This document shows, piece by piece, positions 13,179 through 27,400 of a DNA stretch of 64,000 nucleotides. The stretch covers positions 117,366,001-117,430,000 of the forward strand of contig OX597820.1 of NCBI GenBank assembly GCA_951406725.2. The letters are read 5' to 3'. Numbering within the stretch: the stretch's first letter is position 1; each line of letters opens with the position of its first letter. Origin of the DNA: Octopus vulgaris. Its lineage: Eukaryota. The notes under the pieces were generated by a model. It did no database searches. It was not told where the DNA came from and was given only the letters and a program-made list of their open reading frames with translations. The position numbers were made by a program, and so were the translations under genes.

Positions 13179-13901
13179 CAACTATTAATAATAATAATAA
13201 TAATAATAATACAACTATTAATAATAATAATAATAATAATCACTGCCGTGGCCGATGCCATTACCACTTGATTGGCACACGTTCCAGTGGAACATTAAAA
13301 GCACATCCGAGTGTGATCGTTGCCAGGGCCACGGACTGGCTCCTGTGCCGGTGGCACATAAAAAGCACTATCATTGCCAGTGTCGCCTTATCGGCACGTA
13401 AGAAACACCTTTTGAGTGTGGCCATTGCCAGAACCACCTGACTGGCATGCAAAAAGCACCCACTACACTCTCAGAGTGGTTGGAAAGTGGGCGTTAAAGG
13501 AAGAAGAAGAAGAAGAAGAGTGGTAATACGAATAATAATAATAATAATAATGGAAGACGGACATTAAACAATGATGATGTCTAACATTTATAACAATGAT
13601 GATGTCTTTACATTGAGATGATGATGATGATGATGATACATAGGATGACTTTAAAACATGTATCTCTCCCCCCCCCCCCCCCAACCAATTCCTGTTGCAC
13701 ATATTTTGTTCTCTGATGCAGACAGGTGAAACACTGAAGTAACACGACGCACAACAAACCAAAACACACAGAAACAGATCCTAGACTTCTAAAAACTAAC
13801 AATATGATGGTGGTGGTGGTGGTGTGGTGGTGGTGGTTGTGGTGTTGGTGGTGGTGGTGATGGTGGGGGCAGTAGAAACTGGCATAAAATTATTGTAAAC
13901 A

Positions 13902-14300
13902 TAGGCGCAGGAGTGGCTGTGTGGTAAGTAGCTTGCTAACCAACCACATGGTTCCGGGTTCAGTCCCACAGCATGACACCTTGGGCAAGTGTCTTCTACT
14001 ATAGCCCCGGGCCGACCAATGCCTTGTGAGTGGATTTGGTAGACGGAAACTGAAAGAAGCCTGTTGTATGTATATATAAGTTTGTGTGTCTGTCTTTGTC
14101 CCCCTAGCATTGCTTGACAACCGATGCTGGTGAGTTTACGTCCCCGTCACTAAGCAGTTCGGCAAAAGAGACCGATAAAATAAGTACTGGGCTTACAAAA
14201 AATAAGTCCCGGGGTCGATTTGCTCGACTAAAGGCGGTGCTCCAGCATGGCCGCAGTCAAATGACTGAAACAAGTAAAAGAGTAAAAGAGTAAAAAAGAG
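13902..14300 (+). mobile_element. Family A SINE, full length
   Basis: Head to GTAAAAGA-repeat tail all present. Confidence 0.9.
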
Positions 14301-15210
14301 TATGGTAATAATAAACACAAGGTCATGTTTGTTTTTTGTTTTGTTTTTCTGGGGTGGTGTTGGGTGGGTGGGTGGGGGTGGGGAGTGTAGTTGGTTAATT
14401 CGACCCCAGTATTTCACTGGTACTTTATTTCACTGCTTCCAGAAGAATGAATGGCAAAGCAGATCTAGGACAGATTTGAACTCTGAATATAAAGAGTGGC
14501 AACAAAATACTGCCATACAGCCAAAGAAGGTTTTTCCTTTTCTTGTATGTGTGTGAGATGTCCCACAGCCCCAAGTAAATGTTAATTATACACACCAATG
14601 AACAAAGGTCGTTTAACCATGACAAACCTGTATATTTTGACAGTTTTTCCCAGACAGAACAGTTTAACAAGCCATGTCCTTCCCACTGTTTTTTAAGATG
14701 TGTATAATATAATTTGAAAGAGGTTTGGCTGCCATTTCAAGCAAGTTGAATAACTACAAGACTAATGAACAAGCTTGTAGTCCAACAAAGTCCCCCCTCA
14801 AGCTCCTTGTGTTGTAAAATCCTTAAAAATGTTTCAGCCCGAAGGCCGCGGCCATGCTGGGGCACCACCGCTGTAATTATAAGATCTTCATCTAGCTTGA
14901 TCTGCTTCCCAATTGCAGTTTTAGCAGCCTGCACATTATGTATGCCACTCATTTATAAAACATGTAACACTGTATACAATGGTTTTACAACAACATATAA
15001 AGAGAGACACACAAAGCAGAGTAGTGTGGGCTGGTGACTTTTACTATCACCTCAGGCTGATCAATGCCGTGGGAGCAGGAGCGGAGTTGGAAGACAATAA
15101 ACTGTACAAAATCTCTCTCTCTCTATACATACATATCAATAATATTAATATATATATATATATATATAAATATATAATGTGTATATATATAAATATATAT
15201 AAAATGTATA

Positions 15211-16205
15211 CTGTTGCGGCCAAAATGTTCAGAACGGCATTGTTTTCGTCAGAAAAGTAGATATAATTTTTTATCAAAGTTGTTTTATATTCTATAATTT
15301 TCACAGACAATAAATACAATATTATTTGTTATTGCCTGAGATTTTGGTGTAATTTGAGAGGATAATACAAAAGTTATGGATGATTTAGTGATTTACTGCA
15401 AAACCCATGGCGGCCAAAATGATCAGAACGGTTAAAAAAATAACAAAATAATCAAAAATGACAGACAATACTGGAATTATTTAATATTTAGTGTGCAGCC
15501 CTTTAGCTTCAATCACACTCTGACATCTTCGACTGCATGAGGAAATTAAATTTTCAATTTCTTGCTGGGTGATCTTATTCCATTCTTCCTGAAGGGCATT
15601 CCATAATTGCTCAGTTGTTTTAGGATTTCTGGCTTTCGAACGTTCTCCTAGAATATTCCACACATTTTCAATAGGATTGAGATCTGGGCTTTGAGCTGGC
15701 CAATCCATAACAATAACCTTTTCAGCCTTGAGGAAGTTCATGACCACCTTAGCCTTGTGACATGGGGCATTGTCCTGCATGAATATGGGTGGTCGCTTAG
15801 TTGAATTTCTCAGCACAGGCAAGACATGATCTTTTACAAGTTGTTTATAAACTCCTGCATTAACTTTCCATGTAATCGCACCAAAGGGCCCACACCATCT
15901 CCAGATATCATTCCCCAAACCATGACACTTTCTCCACCGAATTTAACACTAGTCTTCAGGCATTTAGGCAACAATTTTTCACCTACTTTTCTACGAACGT
16001 ACCTTTTCCCCATCTGAGCCAAATAGCATAAACTTAGATTCATCACTGAAATGCACCATTTGCCATTTTTCTTGAGACCACAACACATGTTCGGTTGCAA
16101 AGGTAAGACGACACTTTTTATTCTTGGAGTTGATCAGTGGCTTCACTGCAGGTGCTCTTGCTTGTAGGTCATGTTCAACTTAACGACGAGACACAGTTTT
16201 TTGAG
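15211..16205 (-). mobile_element. Tc1-family DNA transposon, 3' part with frameshifted DD34E transposase
   Basis: Catalytic motifs FSDES (about 16050), FMQDNAPCH and SPDLNPIENVW, with 34 residues between D and E, ending KGLHTKY* at 15481; terminus TA|CTGTTGCGGCCAAAATGTTCAGAACGG with an inner direct repeat GCGGCCAAAATGATCAGAACGG at about 15409. Confidence 0.92.
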
Positions 16206-16422
16206 ATAAAGGAAAGACTACTCAACCTGAAGAAAATCCTAACTGGGCCCCACCTGCAAGGTCATGTGCCATATATCTTGATACGAGATCACAATATGGC
16301 ACACATAGTTGTGATGCATGTGCCTGGTGTACCCTTATCAGATGGGTAGTCACGATGGGTATACAGGGTTTCCCATATTTTACCCCAGTGTCACTTTGAT
16401 GGCATGTATTGTTCTCTCACTA

Positions 16423-16471
<49 letters not shown>

Positions 16472-16631
16472 GTCAAAATTTGGTACTGGGCCAGCAGATT
16501 TTGAGGGAATTGGAAGGTTGATTACATCGAGCCCAATACATGACTGGTATTCATTTTATCAACTCCAAACATATAAAAGACCGTCAATAAGCAGAATTTT
16601 GAAGTAAGAATGGAAATCCAGCAGAAATACC

Positions 16632-16865
16632 TATTTCTTTTCTACCCACAAGGGGCTAAACACAGAGAGGACAAACAAGGACAGATATACGGATAAGTCG
16701 ATTATATCGACCCCAGTGCGTAACTGGTACTTATTTAATCGACCCCGGAAGGATGAAAGGTAAAGTCGACCTTGGTGGAATTTGAACTCAGAACGTAACC
16801 GCAGACGAAATACCACTAAGCATTTCGCCCGGCGTGCTAACGTTTCTGCCAGCTCGCCACCTTTT
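16632..16865 (-). mobile_element. tRNA-derived SINE, family C (Meta/Sauria-like middle), inserted in an older family C copy
   Basis: GGCGAGCTGGCAGAAACGTTAG...GAGTTCAAATTCC...GGTCGACTTTACCTTTCATCCTTCCGGGGTCGA; 17 bp TSD AATCCAGCAGAAATACC at 16615-16631 and 16866-16882. Other copies near 1950-2120, 4180-4330, 8160-8370, 16930-17145, 35400-35575, 45107-45310, 58905-59110. Confidence 0.85.
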
Positions 16866-17182
16866 AATCCAGCAGAAATACCATTAAGCAATTTATCTGA
16901 CATACCAAAGATTGTGCCAGATAATAATAATCCTTTCTACTCTTGGCACAAAGCCTGAAATTTTGGAGAAGGGGATAAGTCGATTACATCGACCCCAGTG
17001 TTTCGCTGGTACTTAATTTATCAACCCTGAAAGAAATGAAAGCAAAGTCAACCTCTGTGGAATTTGAACTCAGAACATAGCAGCAGACGAAATATCTCTA
17101 AGCATTTTGCCTGGCATGTTAACGATTCTGCCAACTTGCCGCCTTTTTGGTTACATTAAAATATTATTATCATTATTATTAA

Positions 17183-17578
17183 TCACTATATATAAAAGAG
17201 AAGTTGTGTGTCTGTCTCCTACGATTTAAATTCCTAACTACTCCCACATTTTGCAGTGCAGTTTAAGCAAAACCGGGTATCTTAATAGTCGTGATTCATA
17301 TCGAGCCCTTCTGGGTATTAGCGCGCGTCTACGATGAGTCTACGATTTAAAAAAAAATTTACCATCATTTTTTTCCATTTTAATGCATTTTTTTTCGCTA
17401 TTATATAAGTAACTCTAAAAATGTCTACAATAAGTCAACGATTTAAAAAAAAAATTACCATCATTTTTTTTCCCATTTTTAATGGATTTTTTTTGCTATT
17501 TTTTGGCTATAACTCTCTAAAAATGGTTATATAGTTATTTCCCTTACAAACCCGAGCAACGCCGGGCGATACTACTAG
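17183..17578 (+). mobile_element. Non-autonomous Helitron (body type 1)
   Basis: A|TCACTATATATAAAA start; 3' hairpin CCCGAGCAACGCCGGG followed by ...CTAG|T; no TSD. Confidence 0.82.
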
Positions 17579-18780
17579 TAATAATAATAATAATCTTCTA
17601 ATGTAACCAATAAGGTCTAATTAAAACCAGGAATCCTTTACTTTAGTGTTTAGATTTAGTCACCTGATCAACAAGCAATGCACAGCCAATGAGGAGAGAG
17701 AGAGCCTTTATGCGGTTGCTCATCTGTCTTTGAAAATAACATATTTGGTTCCTTTCATACGGAAACGTTATGGTTAGAATACTTTTGTTCATAGGCTTGT
17801 TCAATTGAAACTAGCCTGAGGCAAAATAACAAGAACAAAGGAAACCTACCACAAATTACAATTAATGTTAATTATGATGATCGTTATTATTGTTGTTATT
17901 ATTATTAATAGAGATCTCAAGTTACTAAACAGGCATTCTACTACTATGTTTATTTAATATATCAAACATGAAATTATTGACCTCACTTAACAACTACTCT
18001 GTTTGTACTAAATGAAATTCTCTCCACTGAAGTATGCAACATGTTATAGCAGTAAACACATAATCTGAGAATTAATTGCTGTTTTTAGACCTCTTAAGAC
18101 TTCCATCCAGTAGACAAGAATGTCGGTTGATAAGAGATTTTAAAGTAGTTTAGAGACTTGAGACATAAGTTGAGAAGCAAAAAACAAAAGTTATTATTGT
18201 AAATTGGTTAATAATGACTTTGAAATACTCTGGCTTTATGACATTAACGAGATGGAGTTATTGTTGAAATAGATGCCTGATGGAAGTTGATAATTAGAAG
18301 ATGTGAAAGTAAATAAAAACATCAAAATAAGAGGAAAATCGGAAAATGATATTTATCCTTCCCTGCCGGTGGCACGTAAAATGCACCAATCCAACCATGG
18401 CCGTTGCCAGCCTTGCCTGGCACCTGTGCGGGTGGCATGTAAAAAGCACCCACTACACTCACGGAGTGGTTGGCGTTAGGAAGGGCATCCAGCTGTAGAA
18501 ACATTGCCAGATAAGACTGGAGCCTGGTGCAGCCTTCTGGCTTCCCAGATCCCCGGTCGAACCGTCCAACCCATGCTAGCATGGAGAACGGACGTTAAAC
18601 AATGATGATGATGATGATGATGTAGGATTCCCTGCAGAAGTTCAAGAAAAACAACATTTCTTGTGTAAACATGAAGAGGTACTAACACACCTTGGCCTCC
18701 TGAATTTTCAATCTGTAATTTTTCAAAATGCTCCCAACCCTAACCCGGATCAGATCATTTCACAGCACAAACAACAGATA

Positions 18781-19057
18781 CTTCTGGGTATTAGCGTGCG
18801 TTTACGATGAGTCTACGATTTAAAAAAAAAATTTACCATCATTTTTTTCCATTTTAATGCATTTTTTTTCGCTATTATATAAGGGAAGTAACTCTCTAAA
18901 AATGTCTACGATGAGTCAACGATTTTTAAAAGAATTTACCATCATTTTTTTTCCATTTTTAATGCATTTTTTTGCTATTTTTTGGCTATAACTCTCTAAA
19001 AATGCTTATATAATTATTTCCCTTACAAACCCGAGCAACGCCGGGCGATACTGCTAG
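18781..19057 (+). mobile_element. 5'-truncated Helitron (body type 1)
   Basis: Matches 17308-17578; ends CCCGAGCAACGCCGGGCGATACTGCTAG|T. Confidence 0.8.
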
Positions 19058-19234
19058 TCTCTTATAAAGTGTTGCACTGCATGGCAAATCACAGAAATTT
19101 ATGAGTATTAAAACATTAGTTAAGCATTAAGAAAGCAGAATGGATTTTCAAATACAAAAGACAAAGAGAACAACTAAACAGAGACACAGTTGCAGTAAGG
19201 AAAAACGCTGTTGGCTAATTTAGAAAACTATTTA

Positions 19235-19622
19235 TCTCTTTTACTTGTTTCAGTCATTCGACTGCGGCCATGCTGGAGCACCGCCTTTAGTCGAGCAAAT
19301 CGACCCCGGGACTTATTCTTTTGTAAGCCCAGTACTTATTCTATCGGTCTCTTTTGCCGAACCGCTAAGTGACGGGGACGTAAACACACCAGCATCAGTT
19401 GTCAAGCAATGCTAGGGGGACAAACACAGACACACACATATATATATATATATATATACGACAGGCTTCTTTCAGTTTCCATCTACCAAATCCACTCACA
19501 AGGCTTCGATCGGCCCGGGGCTATAGCAGAAGACACGTGCCTAAGATGCCACGCAGTGGGACTGAACCCGGAACCATGTGGTTGGTTAGCAAGCTACTTA
19601 CCACACAGCCACTCCTGCGCCT
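19235..19622 (-). mobile_element. Family A SINE, full length
   Basis: Close match to the 1555-1950 copy. Confidence 0.9.
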
Positions 19623-20976
19623 ATATTTCATTAAGCATTGAGACAGATTCAAAAAATAAATGAAATGACTCCAGCTTGGGCTGAAGTAAATCTCATTAAG
19701 TAGAACAAAATCTACAGCGTCAAATGTTAAAGTCATCATCATCATCATCATCATCGTTTTACGTCCGCTTTCCATTCTAGCATGGGTTGGATGATTGACT
19801 GAGGGCTGGCGAACCAGATGGCTGCACCAGGCCTCAATCTTGATCTGGCAGAGTTTCTATAGCTGGATGCCCTTCCTGACGCCAACCACTCCGAAAGTGT
19901 AGTGGGTGCTTTTACGTGCCACCGGCACGGGGGCCAGTCAGGTGGTTCTGGGAATGACCTCGCTCGAATCCTTTACACATGCCACCGGCACAGGTGCCAG
20001 GAAGGCAATGCTAGCACCTGTGCCGGTGGCGCACACACACAAAAAAGTATACATACAAAGACATGCAACATAAATAGAACAGTTAAACATTACAGAACAA
20101 TCACTGATCTTGTGTTGTTACATGTAAGTCCCATGATGGCCTTGTTCTACCAAAACCAACCAAAGAGCTTCAGTAAATGCTCTAAAGTGCAAAGTAGCAA
20201 GAAAGGTCACACACACACACACACACAAGAAGAAACTGACTAATTAGTAAGAGACAAAGCAGTTATTTCTATTAGAGGCAGAAAACAAGAACTCTATGGG
20301 TGGGTGTTAGCCAATTAAATCAACTCTGGAAAGATGAAAGGCAGAATTTATCTTGGTAGGGTTTGAACTCAGAACTTAAAGGGTCGGAATACACACACGC
20401 ACATACACACATGCATACATACATATATAGAAATAATGATGTAAATATACAAATAAACATGTTTGGGTTTAGTATATAAAAATACACACATATTATCATC
20501 ATCATCATCATCATCATCATCGTTTAATGTCCGCTTTCCATGCTAGCATGGGTTGGACGGTTTGACTGGGGTCTGGGAAGCCAGGAGGCTGCACCAGGCT
20601 CCAGTCTGATCTGGCAGTGTTTCTACAGCTGGATGCCCTTCCTAACGCCAACCACTCCGTGAGTGTAGTGGGTGCTTTTTATGTGCCACCAGCATGGAGG
20701 CAACGGCCACGATCAGTTGGTGCTTTTTACATGCCACCAGCACATATACATGTAAATATATCTAGGGATTAGAGAGAAACAAAATCTGAAACTATAGAGA
20801 TGAACATTTGTGTAGAATCATATATTTACATATTTAGAGAACCGATGTCCATAGAATGCAAAAGTTAAAGGCATGGTTTTTCAGGTTCAACAACCGTTTC
20901 TGGGGGCTCAATGATCTCTCCTCCCTGAAGATGGAAGGTAGATTTGTGATAATGTTTATACCCACCCACTTTTTGC

Positions 20977-21472
20977 ACCTCCATACATTTTCATTTGAAG
21001 ACACAAATGAGAAATCTATTGATGAGTGTGGGGGTGGGGGTAGTATTAAGCTCTCTCTATTCCTTTCAGTCAAAGATGGTAAGGAAAGTCTCTGGGCACT
21101 GTTCTTCTTGTTGGAATTGGAACAGGAATAGTGGTGAGGGAGGGAAAGCCGAAAGGCCAGGTTCAGAGAGGTCATTCTTTTTTTTCTTTTTCTCTTTTTC
21201 TTCTTTTTTTTTTAGCTATGTAACGTATGTTTGGAAGCTTGCAAAATTCTAGGTAGATATTGAATTGTTGACATTATTGATTTAGCTAAAAAAAAAAAGA
21301 AGAAAAAGAGAAAAAGAAAAAAAAGAGATGACCTCTCTGAACCTGGCCTTTCCCCCCTCACCACTATTCCTGTTCCAATTCCAACAAGAGGAACAGTGCC
21401 CAGAGACTCCATCTGCCAAACTGTAAAGTTACAGAATGTACACTCATCAACACTGATTGTCAAGTGGCAGTG

Positions 21473-21522
<50 letters not shown>

Positions 21523-22322
21523 TGATGAGCTTTTTTCAGTTTCCATCTACCAAATCCATTCACAAGGCTTTGGGCCAGCCTGAGGCTATAGTTAAAAGAC
21601 ACTTGCTCAAGGGGCTGTGCAGTGGGACTGAACCCAGAATCCTGTGGTTGGGAAGCAGGCTTCTTAATACACAGCCACACCTGTGCCTATTACCATTTTC
21701 TCAATTCCTTTCTCAAACTCATATTTTCTGCACTGAATCTGAATTATTCCCAGCTTTGTTTTGTTTGTATTCGAAGCTGCTGGGAGCCTTTTACCCTGAC
21801 TTCGAAACCTTAATGTGTTATGTAGTTTCACAAATTGGATATATAACCCCAATACTATTTACCTGTTTCTATGCAAAGTGAATATCTTTTGTCATCAACA
21901 AAAGACAGCACTTAGATCTTAAGATAGATGGATAAAAATCAATAATGTCAACAATTCAATATCTACCTAGAATTTTGCAAGCTTCCAAACATACGTTACA
22001 TAGCTAAAAAAAAAAAAAAAGAAGAAAAAGAGAAAAAAAAAAAAAAGAATGACCTCTCTGAACCTGGCCTTTCGGCTTTCCCCCCTCACCACCATTCCTG
22101 TTCCAATTCCAACAAGAAGAACAGTGCCCAGAGACTTCCCCCTTACCATCTTTGACTGAAAGGAATAGAGAGAGCTTAATACTACCCCCACCCCCACCCC
22201 CACACTCATCAATAGATTTCTCCCCCACCCCCACCCCAACACTCATCAATAGATTTCTCCCCCACCCCCACACTCATCAACAGATTTCTCATTTGTGTCT
22301 TCAAAAGAAAATGTAAGGAGGT
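20977..22322. repeat. Nested inverted duplication of non-transposon-like sequence
   Basis: 20977-21283 is reverse-complemented at 21937-22322; its sub-part 21087-21218 is also reverse-complemented at 21283-21408. Confidence 0.9.
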
Positions 22323-23307
22323 TGAATGAAATCTAGGAGGCTGCTTTCTCATTCTCCATCTCTAATTTAACTCTTAATCTTTTTCCTTTTTATCTCTCAT
22401 TCGTTTCAGTCATTAAGACTGCGGCCATGCTGGGGCACCACCTTGAATATAGGACGGAGCAGTTTGGCAGGAAACTTTCAGTCCAAAAGAGAGATGGAAT
22501 CCCCACAGGCAGGTAACTTTGTGCCGCGAATGGTTTGCTGGTGTCAAGAGTAACAATGAGAAGAAACAAACTTTCGGCTATGAAATCGGACGTTTGGTCC
22601 CCTACCGAGTGAAGACCCTGAATGAGGGAGTCTCCTGACAGACAAAGCAGCCAGATCTCCCTCACCATCTTGAAAAAGGGACAGAAATACTAGATAATAT
22701 GGTCATGGACATATAATCTTTGATGGGATGGTCAAGGTTGATGATGATATATATATATCGTGGCACGCAAATGACACCTGTGCCACTGGCACGTAAAAGG
22801 CACCCATTACACTCTTGGAGTGGTTGGCATTAAGAAAGGCATCCAGCCATAGAAACCATGCCAAGTCAGACGGGAGTCTGATGCAGCTTTCCAGCTTGCC
22901 AGCCTTCGTCAAACCATGCAACCCATGCCAGCATGATGATGATGATGATGATATATACATACACACACACACATATATATATATGCAATATACACACATA
23001 CATACATATATACATGTGTGCGTGCATTTGTTGTTGGCCCAATGTAATGGTTCTCAAAAAGTGTGGAATATCTCAGTGTGAAGCAGATATTTAAAAATAT
23101 AATTTAAGCCTTAGAAAATCTATATCAATGTTTGGGAATCTAGGAAAATGTTATTCATAATTTTGTTAGACACAAGTACTGTAAATAAGAGAAGGTAAGC
23201 TATAATTTTCTGTATTTTCTCTACAGTTTTAACTGTTCAAAATATATTTTATCCGTTAACTTTCCATGCAAAATGTACCAGTGATTATTAACTTCCCAGA
23301 TCCTCAT

Positions 23308-24135
23308 AATCATCATCATCGTCGTTTAACGTCTGCTTTCCATGCTGGCATGGGTTGGATGATTTGACTGAGAACTAGCGAGCCAGATGTCTGCACCAGG
23401 CTCCAATCTGATCTGGCAAAATTTCTACAGCTGGATGCCCTTCCTAACGCCAACCAATCTGAGACTGTAGTGGGTGCTTTTACGTGTCACCGGCACTAGG
23501 GCCAGTCAGGCGATACTGGCAATGGCCAAGCTCAAAAGGTGTTTTTTACGTGCCACCGGCACAAGAGTCAGTCCAGCAGCACTGGCAACGATCACACTCG
23601 AATGTCGCCAGTAAGGCGATGCTGGCAATGATCATGCTCGAATGGTGCTTTTTACATGCCACTGGCATTGGAGCCAGTCAAGTGGCCCTGGCAACAATCA
23701 CGTTCAGATGGTACTTTTAACGTTCCACTGGCACGAGTGCCAATCATGCGGTACTGTCATCGGCCAATATCAGCAATTTTGATTTCACTTGCCTCAATAG
23801 GTCTTCGCAAGCAAAGTTTATTGTCCAATGAATGAAGAGTATTCATAAGTGGGCTGATTACACACCACTGGCATAGGCCACGGGTTATGGTCTCACTTGG
23901 CTTGTCGGGTCTTCTCAAGAACAGCATATCTCCAAAAGTCTCAGTCACTAGTCATTGCCTCAGTGAGGCCCAATATTCGAAGGTCATGCTTCATCACCTC
24001 ATCCCAGATCTACCTCTTCCACAGGTTCCCTCAACTTCTAGGGTCTAACACTCTTTCACACAACTGTCCTCATCCATTCGCAACACATGACCATACCAGC
24101 GCAGTCGTCTCTCTTGCACACTACATCTGATGCTT
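23308..24135 (-). mobile_element. RTE LINE 3' fragment (ORF end plus repeat-containing 3' UTR)
   Basis: Minus-strand translation IRCSVQERRLRWYGHVLRMDEDSCVK; several TTTTACGTGCCACCGGCAC-like units; (GAT)n tail. Confidence 0.88.
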
Positions 24136-24329
24136 CTTAAAGTACAATAATTATTGAAGGATGAGAGAGTGAGGCTGGCTCTGCACAAAACACACCCATA
24201 TGAATAATAGAACCCTGCTGCCTTGTTGCGTAATTTACTGAATGTTTGAAAAAAAGGCTAAGGGAGTGATCCCTTACGGAAAACCTGGAGGGAGAGACCT
24301 TAACGTAGACACGTACAGTGCAGGGAGTT

Positions 24330-24496
24330 ATTATCATCATTTAATGCTTGTTTTCTGTGCTGGATGGGTCGGATGGTTTAAGAGGAGCTGACAAAGCTGG
24401 GAGCTGTACCCGGTTCCAATGTCAGTTTTGGCATAGTTTCTATAGCTGGATGCCCTTCCTAATACCAACCACTTTACAGAGAGCATGAGTAATTAT
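24330..24496 (-). mobile_element. Diverged RTE 3' tail running into the minisatellite
   Basis: ATCATCATTTAATG...GTTTCTATAGCTGGATGCCCTTCCTAATACCAACCACT. Confidence 0.8.
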
Positions 24497-27400
24497 TTAT
24501 GTAGCACCATCACCAGAGCTTTTTATGTGGCGCTATTACCAGGGCTTTTGATGTGGCACCATCACCAGAGCTTTTTATGTGGCGCTATTACCAGGGCTTT
24601 TGATGTAGCACCATCACCAGTACTTTTGATGTGGCACCATTACCAGGGCTTTTTACGTGGCACCATCACCAGGGCTTTTAATGTGGCACCATCACCAGAG
24701 CTTTTATGTGGCACCATCACCACTGCTTTTTACGTGGCACCATCACCAGGGCTTTTAATGTGGCACCATCACCAGAGCTTTTATGTGGCACCATCACCAC
24801 TGCTTTTTACGTGGCACCATCACCAGGGCTTTTAATGTGGCACCATCACCAGAGCTTTTATGTGGCACCATCACCAGGGCTTTTTACGTGACACCATCAC
24901 CAGAGCTTTTATGTGGAACCATCACCACTGCTTTTTACGTGGCACCATCACCAGGGCTTTTAATGTGGCACCATCACCAGAGCTTTTATGTGGAACCATC
25001 ACCACTGCTTTTTACGTGGCACCATCACCAGGGCTTTTAATGTGGCACCATCACCAGAGCTTTTATGTGGAACCATCACCACTGCTTTTTACGTGGCACC
25101 ATCACCAGGGCTTTTTACGTGACACCATCACCAGAGCTTTTATGTGGCACCATCACCACTGCTTTTTACGTGGCACCATCACCAGGGCTTTTAATGTGGC
25201 ACCATCACCAGAGCTTTTATGTGGCACCATCACCACTGCTTTTTACGTGGCACCATCACCAGGGCTTTTAATGTGGCACCATCACCAGAGCTTTTATGTG
25301 GCACCATCACCAGGGCTTTTTACGTGGCACCATCACCAGGGCTTTTTACGTGACACCATCACCAGAGCTTTTATGTGGCACCATCACCACTGCTTTTTAC
25401 GTGGCACCATCACCAGGGCTTTTAATGTGGCACCATCACCAGAGCTTTTATGTGGAACCATCACCACTGCTTTTTACGTGGCACCATCACCAGGGCTTTT
25501 AATGTGGCACCATCACCAGAGCTTTTATGTGGAACCATCACCACTGCTTTTTACGTGGCACCATCACCAGGGCTTTTTACGTGACACCATCACCAGAGCT
25601 TTTATGTGGCACCATCACCACTGCTTTTTACGTGGCACCATCACCAGGGCTTTTTACGTGACACCATCACCAGAGCTTTTATGTGGAACCATCACCACTG
25701 CTTTTTACGTGGCACCATCACCAGGGCTTTTAATGTAGCACCATCACCAGAGCTTTTATGTGGAACCATCACCACTGCTTTTTACGTGGCACCATCACCA
25801 GGGCTTTTAATGTGGCACCATCACCAGAGCTTTTATGTGGAACCATCACCACTGCTTTTTACGTGGCACCATCACCAGGGCTTTTTACGTGGCACCATCA
25901 CCAGAGCTTTTATGTGGCACCATCACCACTGCTTTTTACGTGGCACCATCACCAGGGCTTTTAATGTGGCACCATCACCAGAGCTTTTATGTGGCACCAT
26001 CACCACTGCTTTTTACGTGGCACCATCACCAGGGCTTTTATGTGGCACCATCACCAGGGCTTTTTACGTGGCACCATCACCAGGGCTTTTTACGTGACAC
26101 CATCACCAGAGCTTTTATGTGGCACCATCACCACTGCTTTTTACGTGGCACCATCACCAGGGCTTTTTACGTGACACCATCACCAGAGCTTTTATGTGGC
26201 ACCATCACCACTGCTTTTTACGTGGCACCATCACCAGGGCTTTTAATGTGGCACCATCACCAGAGCTTTTATGTGGCACCATCACCACTGCTTTTTACGT
26301 GGCACCATCACCAGGGCTTTTATGTGGCACCATCACCAGGGCTTTTTACGTGGCACCATCACCAGGGCTTTTTACGTGACACCATCACCAGAGCTTTTAT
26401 GTGGCACCATCACCACTGCTTTTTACGTGGCACCATCACCAGGGCTTTTTACGTGACACCATCACCAGAGCTTTTATGTGGCACCATCACCACTGCTTTT
26501 ACGTGGCACCATCACCAGGGCTTTTAATGTGGCACCATCACCAGAGCTTTTATGTGGCACCATCACCACTGCTTTTTACGTGGCACCATCACCAGGGCTT
26601 TTAATGTGGCACCATCACCAGAGCTTTTATGTGGCACCATCACCACTGCTTTTTACGTGGCACCATCACCAGGGCTTTTAATGTGGCACCATCACCAGAG
26701 CTTTTATGTGGCACCATCACCAGGGCTTTTAATGTGGCACCATCACCAGAGCTTTTATGTGGCACCATCACCACTGCTTTTTACGTGGCACCATCACCAG
26801 GGCTTTTAATGTGGCACCATCACCAGAGCTTTTATGTGGCACCATCACCACTGCTTTTTACGTGGCACCATCACCAGGGCTTTTAATGTGGCACCATCAC
26901 CAGGGCTTTTTACGTGGCACCATCACCAGGGCTTTTAATGTGGCACCATCACCAGAGCTTTTATGTGGCACCATCACCAGGGCTTTTTACGTGGCACCAT
27001 CACCAGGGCTTTTTACGTGACACCATCACCGGAGCTTTTATGTGGCACCATCACCACTGCTTTTTACGTGGCACCATCACCAGGGCTTTTAATGTGGCAC
27101 CATCACAAGAGCTTTTATGTGGCACCATCATCAGGGCTTTTTACGTGGCACCATCACCAGGGCTTTTTACGTGACACCATCACCAGAGCTTTTATGTGGC
27201 ACCATCACCACTGCTTTTTACGTGGCACCATCACCAGGGCTTTTACGTGACACCATCACCAGAGCTTTTACGTGGCACCATCACCAGAGCTTTTATGTGG
27301 CACCATCACCACTGCTTTTTACGTGGCACCATCACCAGGGCTTTTTACGTGGCACCATCACCAGGGCTTTTTACGTGACACCATCACCAGAGCTTTTATG

